Positions 46,386 through 54,050 of a DNA stretch of 55,126 bases are shown here, in pieces. Origin of the DNA: Myxococcota bacterium (GTDB lineage: Bacteria > Myxococcota_A > UBA9042); the NCBI GenBank assembly GCA_044347905.1, contig JBIKTV010000001.1, positions 1 to 55,126 of the forward strand, written 5' to 3'. The notes below the pieces were generated by a model that was not told the origin of the DNA, did no database searches, and saw only the letters and a list, made by a program, of their open reading frames with translations. The position numbers and the translations under genes were made by a program. Every line of letters begins with the position of its first letter. Within the stretch, counting starts at the first letter, position 1.

Positions 46386-47645
46386 ATGCCGCCCAACCCG
46401 TCCCCTGTTGCCGATGTGCCCTCGCCCAAGGGCGCCGCGGCCCGCCCGCCGATGTCAGAGCAGGGGCTGGTGTGGATTGTCGGCGCCGTGCAGTTCGCAA
46501 ACATCCTAGATTTCATGATGGTCATGCCGCTCGGCCCCGACTTTTCCCGCGCTTTGGGCATTCCGACCTCGCAGTTGGGCGTCATCGGCGGCACCTACAC
46601 CGCGGCGGCAGCGCTGGCCGGGCTGTTGGGCATGTGGTGGCTCGAGCGCTTTGACCGCCGCAAGGCGCTGGTGCTCTCCATGCTCGGGTTGGCCGCCGGC
46701 ACCGCTGCAGGGGCGTTTGCCACGGACCTGCCCACCCTGGTGATGGCGCGGGCTCTGGCGGGCTTTTGGGGCGGCCCCGCGACTTCTCTGTCCATGTCCA
46801 TGATCGCCGACGGGGTGCCGCCAGAGCGCCGAGGCCGGGCCATGGGCGCCGTCATGGGGGCCTTCGCAGCGGCTTCCGTGTTGGGCGTGCCCGCGGGTCT
46901 GGAGCTGTCGCGCCAAGGCGGCTGGCGCCTGCCGTTCTTTGCCGTGGCGGTCTTGGTGCTGGTGTTGGCGGCGGCGGCGTGGCGGGTGCTGCCCTCTATG
47001 CGCGGGCACTTGATCCACGGCGCGATCAAGGTCGACCCGCGGGCCCTTCTCAGCCGCCGCGCGCCGCTGCTGGCTCTTGCCGTGACCGGCCTGCTGATGG
47101 CGTCTTCCTTTACCCTCGTTCCCAACATTGCATCCTATGTGCAAGGGAATATGGGGTTTCCCAGAGAGGACTTGGGCCTGATGTACCTGCTTGGCGGCAG
47201 CATCAGCTTCTTTGCCACCCGCTTGGCCGGCAGGGCCGCGGACCATCTGGGGCTGGCGCAAGTGTCTACCGCGGGCGCGCTGCTCTTTGCGGCGGTCGTG
47301 GCCAGCGGATTCTTTGTCGATCCGTCGCCGCTGCCCGTGCCGGCGCTTTTTGTCGGCGTGTTTCTCTCCATGGGCCTGCGCAACGTCCCGTATAACACCC
47401 TGATGACACTAGTGCCCGGGCCGCGCGAGCGCGCCACGTTCCTGTCCCTTCAGTCTGCGGCCCAGCACTTGGCGGCTTCGGCCGGGGCGTTTGCTTCGTC
47501 GCGCATGTTGAGCGAACTGCCCAACCATCGACTCATGGGAATGGGAAAAGTGGCGGTATTTTCAATGGGTTTAACCGCTCTGTCCCTGCCGTTTCTGTGG
47601 TGGCTCAATTACGCCGTTGGTGCAGATCGCCGGCGAACGTCGTAG
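46386..47645 (+). CDS. MFS transporter
   Basis: ORF 46353..47645. Start uncertain (GTG 46353, ATG 46386 or 46452). About 12 hydrophobic segments. MFS loop motif LERFDRRKALVLS between TM2 and TM3. Confidence 0.8.
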   Translation: MPPNPSPVADVPSPKGAAARPPMSEQGLVWIVGAVQFANILDFMMVMPLGPDFSRALGIPTSQLGVIGGTYTAAAALAGLLGMWWLERFDRRKALVLSMLGLAAGTAAGAFATDLPTLVMARALAGFWGGPATSLSMSMIADGVPPERRGRAMGAVMGAFAAASVLGVPAGLELSRQGGWRLPFFAVAVLVLVLAAAAWRVLPSMRGHLIHGAIKVDPRALLSRRAPLLALAVTGLLMASSFTLVPNIASYVQGNMGFPREDLGLMYLLGGSISFFATRLAGRAADHLGLAQVSTAGALLFAAVVASGFFVDPSPLPVPALFVGVFLSMGLRNVPYNTLMTLVPGPRERATFLSLQSAAQHLAASAGAFASSRMLSELPNHRLMGMGKVAVFSMGLTALSLPFLWWLNYAVGADRRRTS

Positions 47646-47659
47646 CATCTGCATAGAAA

Positions 47660-49126
47660 TCACTCATCTAACAGCACCACTTCTTCGGCCTGGTGGCGGG
47701 CGGGTTGCCAGTGCAGCAGCTCCGCTTGGGTCCCGCAAATCCTAAGGAAAGTGTACTGGACCCGCTCGCGGGGCAGCAGCACGTCGTGGGTAAAGACGGC
47801 GATCCACGTGCCCGTATTAAAGTACCAGCCGCGGTGGGTGGGCAAGGCCAAGCGCTGCACACTCTCGTCGTGGGTATGGCCAAAAGTCACCAACGGCACT
47901 TCAAGCAAGCGGGCTATCCGCTCGGCCGCATTGGGCATTGGCTGACCTGTGGTGGTCGGATTGTCCCGCAGCAACAGCAGGGTACCGCCAACGGTCAGGG
48001 TGCTAAAGAAGAAGAAGTTGAGGGCGACGAACCACAGGGTCTTTGAGGCTGACCCCAAATCGGCGTGCTGGATCACATCAAACGCAAAGAACCACAGCGC
48101 GATGAGCAGCAACGCGGCCAGCATGGAAATCCCCATGGTGCGCAAGAGATTGCGGGCGATCGACTCCACAGCGGCCACCACGTCTCCGCGCAGATCCTTG
48201 AGCGCTTCAATGTCCAGCAGGCGCCGACCCAGCCCCGATTGCTCTGCCAAGGCCTCAAGCTCCGCTGCGTGGACCGCAGGCAGAGCGCTGGGCGGCAGCA
48301 ATTTCTTGAGGGTGAGGCGGCGCAGCCACTTGAAGGCAAAGGGTAACTGGCTGGTCGCCGCGCTCAAGAGCAGGGCCGGATTGTTGAGCAGCAGCCAGCG
48401 GCCGTAGCGAAAATTCGCCCGCGAAGAAGGGACCATAAACGTGATGGGGCCAAAGCCGTTGTAGAGATAGCGCTGGAAGAAATTGCCCAAAGGCTGGTCG
48501 AGTTCGGTGTCATCTGCAGCCAATTCACTTAGCTGGCCGCGCAGATACCAGCGGAAGGCATTCTCTGGGTCATACTGGCAGCCGTGCTCGATCCACACCC
48601 GCCCATGCTCGTGATAGAACCACGGGCGAAACTCCATGGCCTCTTGCGCCAACTGCTGGCCAGGACCGCCCAAGCGATCGACCTCCGCCGCTACAGTACG
48701 CCGCAAAACCGCCTGCACGGGCGGCCATTGCAGCTCAATGTCGTGGTTGCCCGGCAGAAACAGCAGTGGCACGCCGCCCATCAAGGCTCGGGCCAGCGCT
48801 TCTACAAAAGTGGGGTGGCCCAGGAGAATTTGCTCAAGGATTCTGGCAGCCAAGGCCGGGGTCAAAAAGGCCGGCGTGCGCCCTTCGCCGCGGCCATCCT
48901 CCTCCGGTTCTACGCGCAGCAAGTCAAAGGTGTCGCCGTTGAAGATCAGTTGCGGCTTTAGCCCCGCTTGGTCGGCGCCGATCGGATACGTGTCGCCACA
49001 GAGCCATTGGACAAAGCTGAGAAAGTCCTTGTCATAGAAAAACGCTTCCAGCGACCAGTAGCGCCCCGTATCGAGGTTCTTGCCGCGTCCCAAGTGGAAA
49101 TCCGAAAGGACGATCAGATCGCGCAT
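47660..49126 (-). CDS. Membrane-associated calcineurin-like metallophosphoesterase
   Basis: ORF 47660..49201 trimmed to the ATG at 49126. Motifs LSDFHLG (DxH), NGDTFDL (GDxxD), PGNHDIE (GNHD), FGHTHD (GHxH). Two hydrophobic segments near residue 370-420. Confidence 0.8.
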   Translation of the reverse strand: MRDLIVLSDFHLGRGKNLDTGRYWSLEAFFYDKDFLSFVQWLCGDTYPIGADQAGLKPQLIFNGDTFDLLRVEPEEDGRGEGRTPAFLTPALAARILEQILLGHPTFVEALARALMGGVPLLFLPGNHDIELQWPPVQAVLRRTVAAEVDRLGGPGQQLAQEAMEFRPWFYHEHGRVWIEHGCQYDPENAFRWYLRGQLSELAADDTELDQPLGNFFQRYLYNGFGPITFMVPSSRANFRYGRWLLLNNPALLLSAATSQLPFAFKWLRRLTLKKLLPPSALPAVHAAELEALAEQSGLGRRLLDIEALKDLRGDVVAAVESIARNLLRTMGISMLAALLLIALWFFAFDVIQHADLGSASKTLWFVALNFFFFSTLTVGGTLLLLRDNPTTTGQPMPNAAERIARLLEVPLVTFGHTHDESVQRLALPTHRGWYFNTGTWIAVFTHDVLLPRERVQYTFLRICGTQAELLHWQPARHQAEEVVLLDE

Positions 49127-49308
49127 GGTGCGGAGTCCCTCGGGCGAGTCGGCTGCCCAGCTGCGGTCAAGGTGAGGATCCCGCGGGCCGGCGCCCATCA
49201 CCGGGTGCGCGGGCAGTTCCGCAGCAATGCCGCAGGGCTCGCTGGGGGCAAGGGTACGCCGTCGCAGCGCCGGCCGTCAAATGCCGGTCCATGGATGGCA
49301 CGGGGCCG

Positions 49309-49485
49309 ATTCAGGGGGCAAGGAGATGCCCCCTGAATACCCGGCCCCGCGCCCCTACTAGGTGGGCCGCAAGCGCTCCGGCCCCGCACGATGTCCCCCT
49401 GTTGGATTGACCGATTGGGCCACGGCCACGCTTCCACGGCCGGTAGCGCCGCGGCGAGCGCTGGCCACTTTCTTGGCACCTCAGC
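49309..49485 (+). repeat. Copy B of the ~178-nt intergenic repeat
   Basis: See copy A. The invariant 58-nt core lies at 49343..49400. Hairpin tcaggggg-caaggagatg-ccccctga at 49311..49336. Confidence 0.8.
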
Positions 49486-49588
49486 CAAAGCCAGCTTCAG
49501 CCCTTGACGGCCTGAGCCGCCAATGTGTACGGTGCGGTTGCTGGCCGTTCGGGACCAGCGCCCTACACCTGCCGATTCAGATTAAGAA

Positions 49589-50122
49589 ATGTCTCAAACT
49601 TCTTGCGCTCTGCCGCGCAACTATGCGCTCAAGTTGGGTCTGTTGGCTGCGCTGGTTGCGTTGGCTTGCGCCTGTGCGGTCGACAATCCGCCTCAAGACT
49701 GGGCTCCCGTGCAGCGGGCGTCCTTTGAGTGCGCCGTCCAGCCGATCTTTGCGCGCGAGTGCTCCATGCCCGACTGCCATGGCAACAGCGCGCGGCGTTT
49801 GCAGATTCTGGCTCCCGGCCGCATGCGCTTGGCCGCGGAGCTGACCAAAGCCCTGGCCGCTCAGCCCGCCGAAGAGAGGGAGGCCGGCCATCACCCGCTT
49901 TTGACGCCGGCAGAGATCGACTTCAACTTTGCCCAGGCCCGCAGCATGGTTATCCCGGGCCAGGCGCCTGAAGACAGCGCGTTGCTGAATCGGCCCCTGG
50001 CGGTCGCAGCGGGCGGCATGTACCACGTTGAGGCAGGAGACGTATTTGCAAGCGCACTTGACCTCGACTATGTGACCCTACAGGTTTGGATTGAAGGCGC
50101 AGGCAAGGAGATGTGCAAGTGA
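49589..50122 (+). CDS. Secreted/lipoprotein-like protein with a cytochrome-c-like CX4CH(G) motif
   Basis: Signal peptide LKLGLLAALVALACAC. VQPIFARECSMPDCHG (motif at 49760..49780) resembles planctomycete-type cytochrome-c-domain openings. First gene of a co-directional cluster. Confidence 0.6.
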   Translation: MSQTSCALPRNYALKLGLLAALVALACACAVDNPPQDWAPVQRASFECAVQPIFARECSMPDCHGNSARRLQILAPGRMRLAAELTKALAAQPAEEREAGHHPLLTPAEIDFNFAQARSMVIPGQAPEDSALLNRPLAVAAGGMYHVEAGDVFASALDLDYVTLQVWIEGAGKEMCK

Positions 50123-51048
50123 AACTGCATTTCTTTGCCGCAATCGGCCTCACCGCCGTTGGACCGCTGCTCTGCGGCTTTTCTGCCGGTTCCAGCTTTG
50201 AGACCTCTGCCGATGTGGGCGGCGGTGGCGGGTATACGTTTGTAGGATCAAGCACTTCCCATGGCCTCGACTGCGCTTCATGCCACCAGAGCAACGCTAC
50301 CTCCGGTCGACTGTCGCTCGCTAGCAACCCGCCCGGCCTGTTTGATCGCGGCTTTGTGCCCGGAACAAACTACCTCATTGCCGTGCGTTTAGCTCAGGAA
50401 GTCAAAGGTTTAGACCGCAACGGCACCTGTGAAGCAGAGCAGGGCGGCTGCAATCGCAACGGCTTTGTGGCGGAGTTTCTGGGGCAGAACGGCCAGCCGA
50501 TTGGGCAATTGTGCACAGATAATGGGGTGCTGAGCGATCAGGGCTGTGACAACGACGCTGGGAAGGAGACCACGCTGTTCAGCGGGGCCAAGGCCGTGAG
50601 CGGCGTGTCGCTGGAGCAACCGACGATCTGCAGCGGCAGCGCGGGCCAGGATCCGCCCGGGTGTGTCGACGTCGCCGCGCTGCAAGCGGCTGGAAAGTCC
50701 CAGAGCGAGATCGACAAAGTCCTCCTGTCAGCGGTCAAGGGCCGGACAAGTTGGCATTTTCGCTGGCGGGCGCCCCAGAGTGGTGCAGCGGTGGCCTTTC
50801 ACCTAGGCGCTGTGGACGGCGATGGCGGCGTGGGTACCTCACCAAACCTGAACGATTACAGCGGTGATGTCGTCTATGCCGTCCATCGTTCTGTGCCTGT
50901 GGAGGGCTCCGCAGCTGAGGTGGCCGCCGGTTGCGGTGCGGCGCGTCCGAGGCCAAGCACCGGCTGGAGCGCAATTCTCGCCGGGGCCTCGCTGGCGCTC
51001 ATCGCGCGTCGCTGGAACGGAAAAAGGAGAGAACGCAATGACTTCTGA
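50113..51048 (+). CDS. Lipoprotein-like protein with a single CXXCH heme-binding motif and a GC-hydrophobic-Arg C-terminal tail
   Basis: GTG at 50113 or 50119 (aggcaaggag RBS at 50101..50110). Signal FFAAIGLTAVGPLLCG. CASCH at 50272..50286. Tail AAGCGAARPRPSTGWSAILAGASLALIARRWNGKRR (50923..51048). Confidence 0.65.
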   Translation: MQVKLHFFAAIGLTAVGPLLCGFSAGSSFETSADVGGGGGYTFVGSSTSHGLDCASCHQSNATSGRLSLASNPPGLFDRGFVPGTNYLIAVRLAQEVKGLDRNGTCEAEQGGCNRNGFVAEFLGQNGQPIGQLCTDNGVLSDQGCDNDAGKETTLFSGAKAVSGVSLEQPTICSGSAGQDPPGCVDVAALQAAGKSQSEIDKVLLSAVKGRTSWHFRWRAPQSGAAVAFHLGAVDGDGGVGTSPNLNDYSGDVVYAVHRSVPVEGSAAEVAAGCGAARPRPSTGWSAILAGASLALIARRWNGKRRERNDF

Positions 51049-52180
51049 GTCGCAGTGGCGCGTACTGGCGCGTTCTGGCCTGGCCCTTGGGCTTGCGTGG
51101 GCGGCCCTTGGCGCTGCAGCTCCGGCCCTGGCGGTCGAGCCGACCTCTTGCGACGTCAAGACAGGCGCCTCCTGTGCTTGGAATGAGGGCTGCGACTGCG
51201 ACCACGACGGCTATGTGGTCAACAAGTCCAAGTCGATCAAGTATTGCCACCTTGAGAAATGCCCCCTCGACTCTGATGACAAGAACGTCAATAAGCTCGG
51301 GGTTGTATCGGCCAACAACGCCGATGGCGATGGCTGGACCAAGGCCTATGACTGCGACGACAACGACAAGTGCATCGGCAAAGTCTGTGGCGTGTCGACC
51401 TGCACAACCGCACCGCCAGACCCCGACAACGACAAAGACGGCGTCCCCGCCAGCCAGGACTGCAACGATGCTGACGCCAACATCAAGCCCGGATCGGGCG
51501 TAGCCTGCTGTAATTGCGCCAATTTGACCGATCCAGCCAAGGTCAAAGCGCTGGGCTGCAACGGTTGCCCGCTCAGCCAGACCGGGCCTGCCGACGCGGG
51601 ATCCACCGATACGACAGGCGCCGACGCGGGTTCCTCGCCTGCCGACACCTCAGCCCCGGACGTTGCAGCAGTCGATAGCGCCATTCCACCTGCGGACACA
51701 GCTGCCGAGGACGCGGCCACGGACGGCGGGCAGACGGGCGCCGAAACAGGAGCGGATAGCGCTAGTTCTGTTGCCAAAGACGCCGGCCCAGCGCTCACGG
51801 ACAGCGGCAGCTCCTTTGACCCCTCGGCGCAGGTATTTGTCGGCAGTGGCTCCGTCGTCCATGGCGACCCGCCCGCGCCGGGATGTACGGCCGCTCCGCA
51901 GGCTTCTCCAGCGATTCTCCCGCTTTTTGCGGGCCTATTGCTGGCCTTTGGGGCTCGCCGCTGGCGCTTGCGGCGTGCGCTCTGGACCCTTGGGCTGCTG
52001 GCCATGGCGACTGCGGGGTGTGTGCGGGTGGAGCCTTGGCAGCGCCAGCGCCTTGCCCATCGCTGCATGGTCCTGGGGCGCAACGGCGGCGAAAAAGACC
52101 TGGAGCAGCACGCTTTTCAGTATCGCGAAGGCTCCGCAGGCGGCTTTGGCGGTGGCGGCGGAGGCTGCGGGTGCAACTAG
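51038..52180 (+). CDS. Secreted Cys/Asp-rich protein with MopE-like putative metal-binding repeats and a GC-hydrophobic-Arg tail, reading in frame (no stop) into a DUF4266 lipoprotein module
   Basis: ATG at 51038 with an aaggaga RBS (51024..51030). Signal peptide ...AAPALA. Repeats NADGDGWTKAYDCDDNDKC and DNDKDGVPASQDCNDADANIKPG. Tail PGCTAAPQASPAILPLFAGLLLAFGARRWRLRR (51878..51976), then the DUF4266-like sequence up to the stop at 52180. Confidence 0.6.
   Translation: MTSESQWRVLARSGLALGLAWAALGAAAPALAVEPTSCDVKTGASCAWNEGCDCDHDGYVVNKSKSIKYCHLEKCPLDSDDKNVNKLGVVSANNADGDGWTKAYDCDDNDKCIGKVCGVSTCTTAPPDPDNDKDGVPASQDCNDADANIKPGSGVACCNCANLTDPAKVKALGCNGCPLSQTGPADAGSTDTTGADAGSSPADTSAPDVAAVDSAIPPADTAAEDAATDGGQTGAETGADSASSVAKDAGPALTDSGSSFDPSAQVFVGSGSVVHGDPPAPGCTAAPQASPAILPLFAGLLLAFGARRWRLRRALWTLGLLAMATAGCVRVEPWQRQRLAHRCMVLGRNGGEKDLEQHAFQYREGSAGGFGGGGGGCGCN
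51968..52180 (+). CDS. DUF4266-type small lipoprotein (possible independent TTG start; otherwise the C-terminal module of the 51038 ORF)
   Basis: An in-frame TTG at 51968 would give MRRALWTLGLLAMATAGC (lipobox), followed by VRVEPWQRQRLAHRCM...QYREGSAGGFGGGGGGCGCN, the characteristic DUF4266 ending. Confidence 0.5.
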   Translation: MRRALWTLGLLAMATAGCVRVEPWQRQRLAHRCMVLGRNGGEKDLEQHAFQYREGSAGGFGGGGGGCGCN

Positions 52181-52221
52181 TTTCCGATACACCGCCGTCT
52201 CGGCCTTGCCTATGGCTCGCT

Positions 52222-53430
52222 GTGGCGATGCTGGGGCAATTGACCTGCCTATCGGCCTTTGCCGCGCCTCGGCCTGCCGCCAAAGGGCCCGCTCACCCTG
52301 CTGCTGTAGCCCCGCCGCAAGCCAGCACCGCTGCTTTGGACGAAGCCGGTGCCGTCGACCCGGTGGTGGAATTCGTGCCGGCGCCTGAGCCCAGCGAGCC
52401 CGTCGAGCCGCCCACCCCCATTGGCATGTCTGCAGAAACAAGGACGAATTACTATACGGACAATGACAACAACCGCATCGTTACGCCTACGGTCAACGTC
52501 TCTGCCGACATAGGCGAGCGCTGGGCCGTCGCTGGCCACGCGGCGATTGACATGATGACTTGTGCTTCCGTCGATGTGGTCAGCGCCGCCACGGCCAAGG
52601 GCTACTTTCAGGAAAACCGTCAGGAATACGGCGGTTCCGTGACGACCCGTCGCGACCTGCTCAAGCTCACGCTGGGCGCAGTTCACTCGCAGGAGAACGA
52701 CTATTCCTCAGCCACCGGCTCGATCGCCATCAGCGACGAATTCGCCAAGCGCAACACCACCTTGAGCTTGGCCTACAGCTTTACCGGCTCCGATGTCGGC
52801 CGCGCCCACGACCCAAGTTTTTCGCGGCGTTTGGACAGCCACGCGCTGACCGCCTCTTGGACTCAGGTGCTGAGCCGCAGCTGGGTGGCGCAGTTTTCAG
52901 GCTTTGTGGGCGTGCTAGATGGCTTTCAGTCAAGCGTTTACCGCTTTGTGCATTTTGCCGACGGCACCTCCGGGCCTGAGGTGGCCCCCGATCTGCGGGT
53001 GCGTCAGGCGCTGGCTGCGGAAGTGCGCGGCTCGCTGACCCCCCAGTGGTTCACAGGCGCAAGCTATCGGCTTTACAGCGATTCGTGGGGGCTCCTCAGC
53101 CACACCGGCGAACTAACGGCGACCTACGCGCCCAACGACTGGCTCAGCCTGCGCCTGCGCGACCGCGTCTATCAGCAGCGCGGCGCCGACTTCTACCACT
53201 CCGTCTACGACCGGCCGATGCGCTACATGACCATCGACCGCGAGCTCGGGGCCCTTTACGGCAACCTGATCGGCTTGAAAGCGGCTATCGATCTGGGCGG
53301 TCTGGGCAGCACCCGCACCTGGCAGCTCGACCTCAAGTACGACTGGATGTGGCAGAAATTCGAAGACTTCCGCTGGCTGCCAGAGCGGCGGATGTCCATG
53401 GTCGAAGCTGGCCTGCAGTGCGCCTTCTGA
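52222..53430 (+). CDS. DUF3570 family protein (predicted outer-membrane beta-barrel)
   Basis: ORF 51883..53430 trimmed to the GTG at 52222 or ATG at 52228. Alternating beta-strand-like pattern with an aromatic C-terminus (MVEAGLQCAF). Canonical position after DUF4266 and before TlpA/ApbE. Confidence 0.7.
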   Translation: MAMLGQLTCLSAFAAPRPAAKGPAHPAAVAPPQASTAALDEAGAVDPVVEFVPAPEPSEPVEPPTPIGMSAETRTNYYTDNDNNRIVTPTVNVSADIGERWAVAGHAAIDMMTCASVDVVSAATAKGYFQENRQEYGGSVTTRRDLLKLTLGAVHSQENDYSSATGSIAISDEFAKRNTTLSLAYSFTGSDVGRAHDPSFSRRLDSHALTASWTQVLSRSWVAQFSGFVGVLDGFQSSVYRFVHFADGTSGPEVAPDLRVRQALAAEVRGSLTPQWFTGASYRLYSDSWGLLSHTGELTATYAPNDWLSLRLRDRVYQQRGADFYHSVYDRPMRYMTIDRELGALYGNLIGLKAAIDLGGLGSTRTWQLDLKYDWMWQKFEDFRWLPERRMSMVEAGLQCAF

Positions 53431-53516
53431 CCTCCGCTGAGTACCCACGCCGCCTCGCGCGTTGTCCGCACGGCCAGGGTCCAGCGCCCGGGCAAATTCC
53501 CCAAGGAGAATCCAAG

Positions 53517-54050
53517 ATGATCGCACCCCTGCTGACCGCCGTTGCCTGTCTTGCGCTGCTCGGCGCCCCCCAACTCGACGGGTCGACCCCGCTGCAGCCC
53601 CTGGCGGCCAGCCCCGCGCTGAATCAAGCGGCCCCGCCGATCAAGGGCGCGCTCATGGACGGAAAACCCTATGACCTCAGTGCGATGCGCGGCCAAGTCG
53701 TGCTGGTGGATTTCTGGGCGACCTGGTGCGAGCCGTGCAAGCTGAGCCTGCCGCGCTATGCCGCCCTGGAGAAGAAGCTGGGATCCCAGGGTTTTCACAT
53801 TCTGACCGTGAGCGTTGACGAAGAGACGGACGTGCTCAAGCGCTTTATCGCCGCGACCAAGCTGACCCTGCGGGTGCTGCACGACCCCGAGTCCAAGATC
53901 GCCGAGCGCTACCGCCCCGCCAAGATGCCGACCGCCTATCTGGTGGGCAAGGACGGCAAAATCACTTGGATACACTCGAGTTTTGTCGTGGGTGACGAAG
54001 CCAAGGTGGAAGCCGAAGTGATCAAGGCCCTGGCCCAGCCCGCGCCGTGA
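53517..54050 (+). CDS. TlpA/ResA-family periplasmic thiol:disulfide oxidoreductase (thioredoxin fold)
   Basis: ORF 53046..54050 trimmed to the ATG at 53517 (aaggag at 53503..53508). Signal peptide. VVLVDFWATWCEPCK active site. MPTAYLVGKDGKI. Confidence 0.9.
   Translation: MIAPLLTAVACLALLGAPQLDGSTPLQPLAASPALNQAAPPIKGALMDGKPYDLSAMRGQVVLVDFWATWCEPCKLSLPRYAALEKKLGSQGFHILTVSVDEETDVLKRFIAATKLTLRVLHDPESKIAERYRPAKMPTAYLVGKDGKITWIHSSFVVGDEAKVEAEVIKALAQPAP

Noticed and set aside
40347-49485. The repeat-bounded segment as a genomic island, mobile element or defence island.
   Set aside because: No integrase, transposase, tRNA target or compositional shift is present, and the contents are ordinary transport and metabolic genes. 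Only the recombination-potential observation is retained, at low interest.
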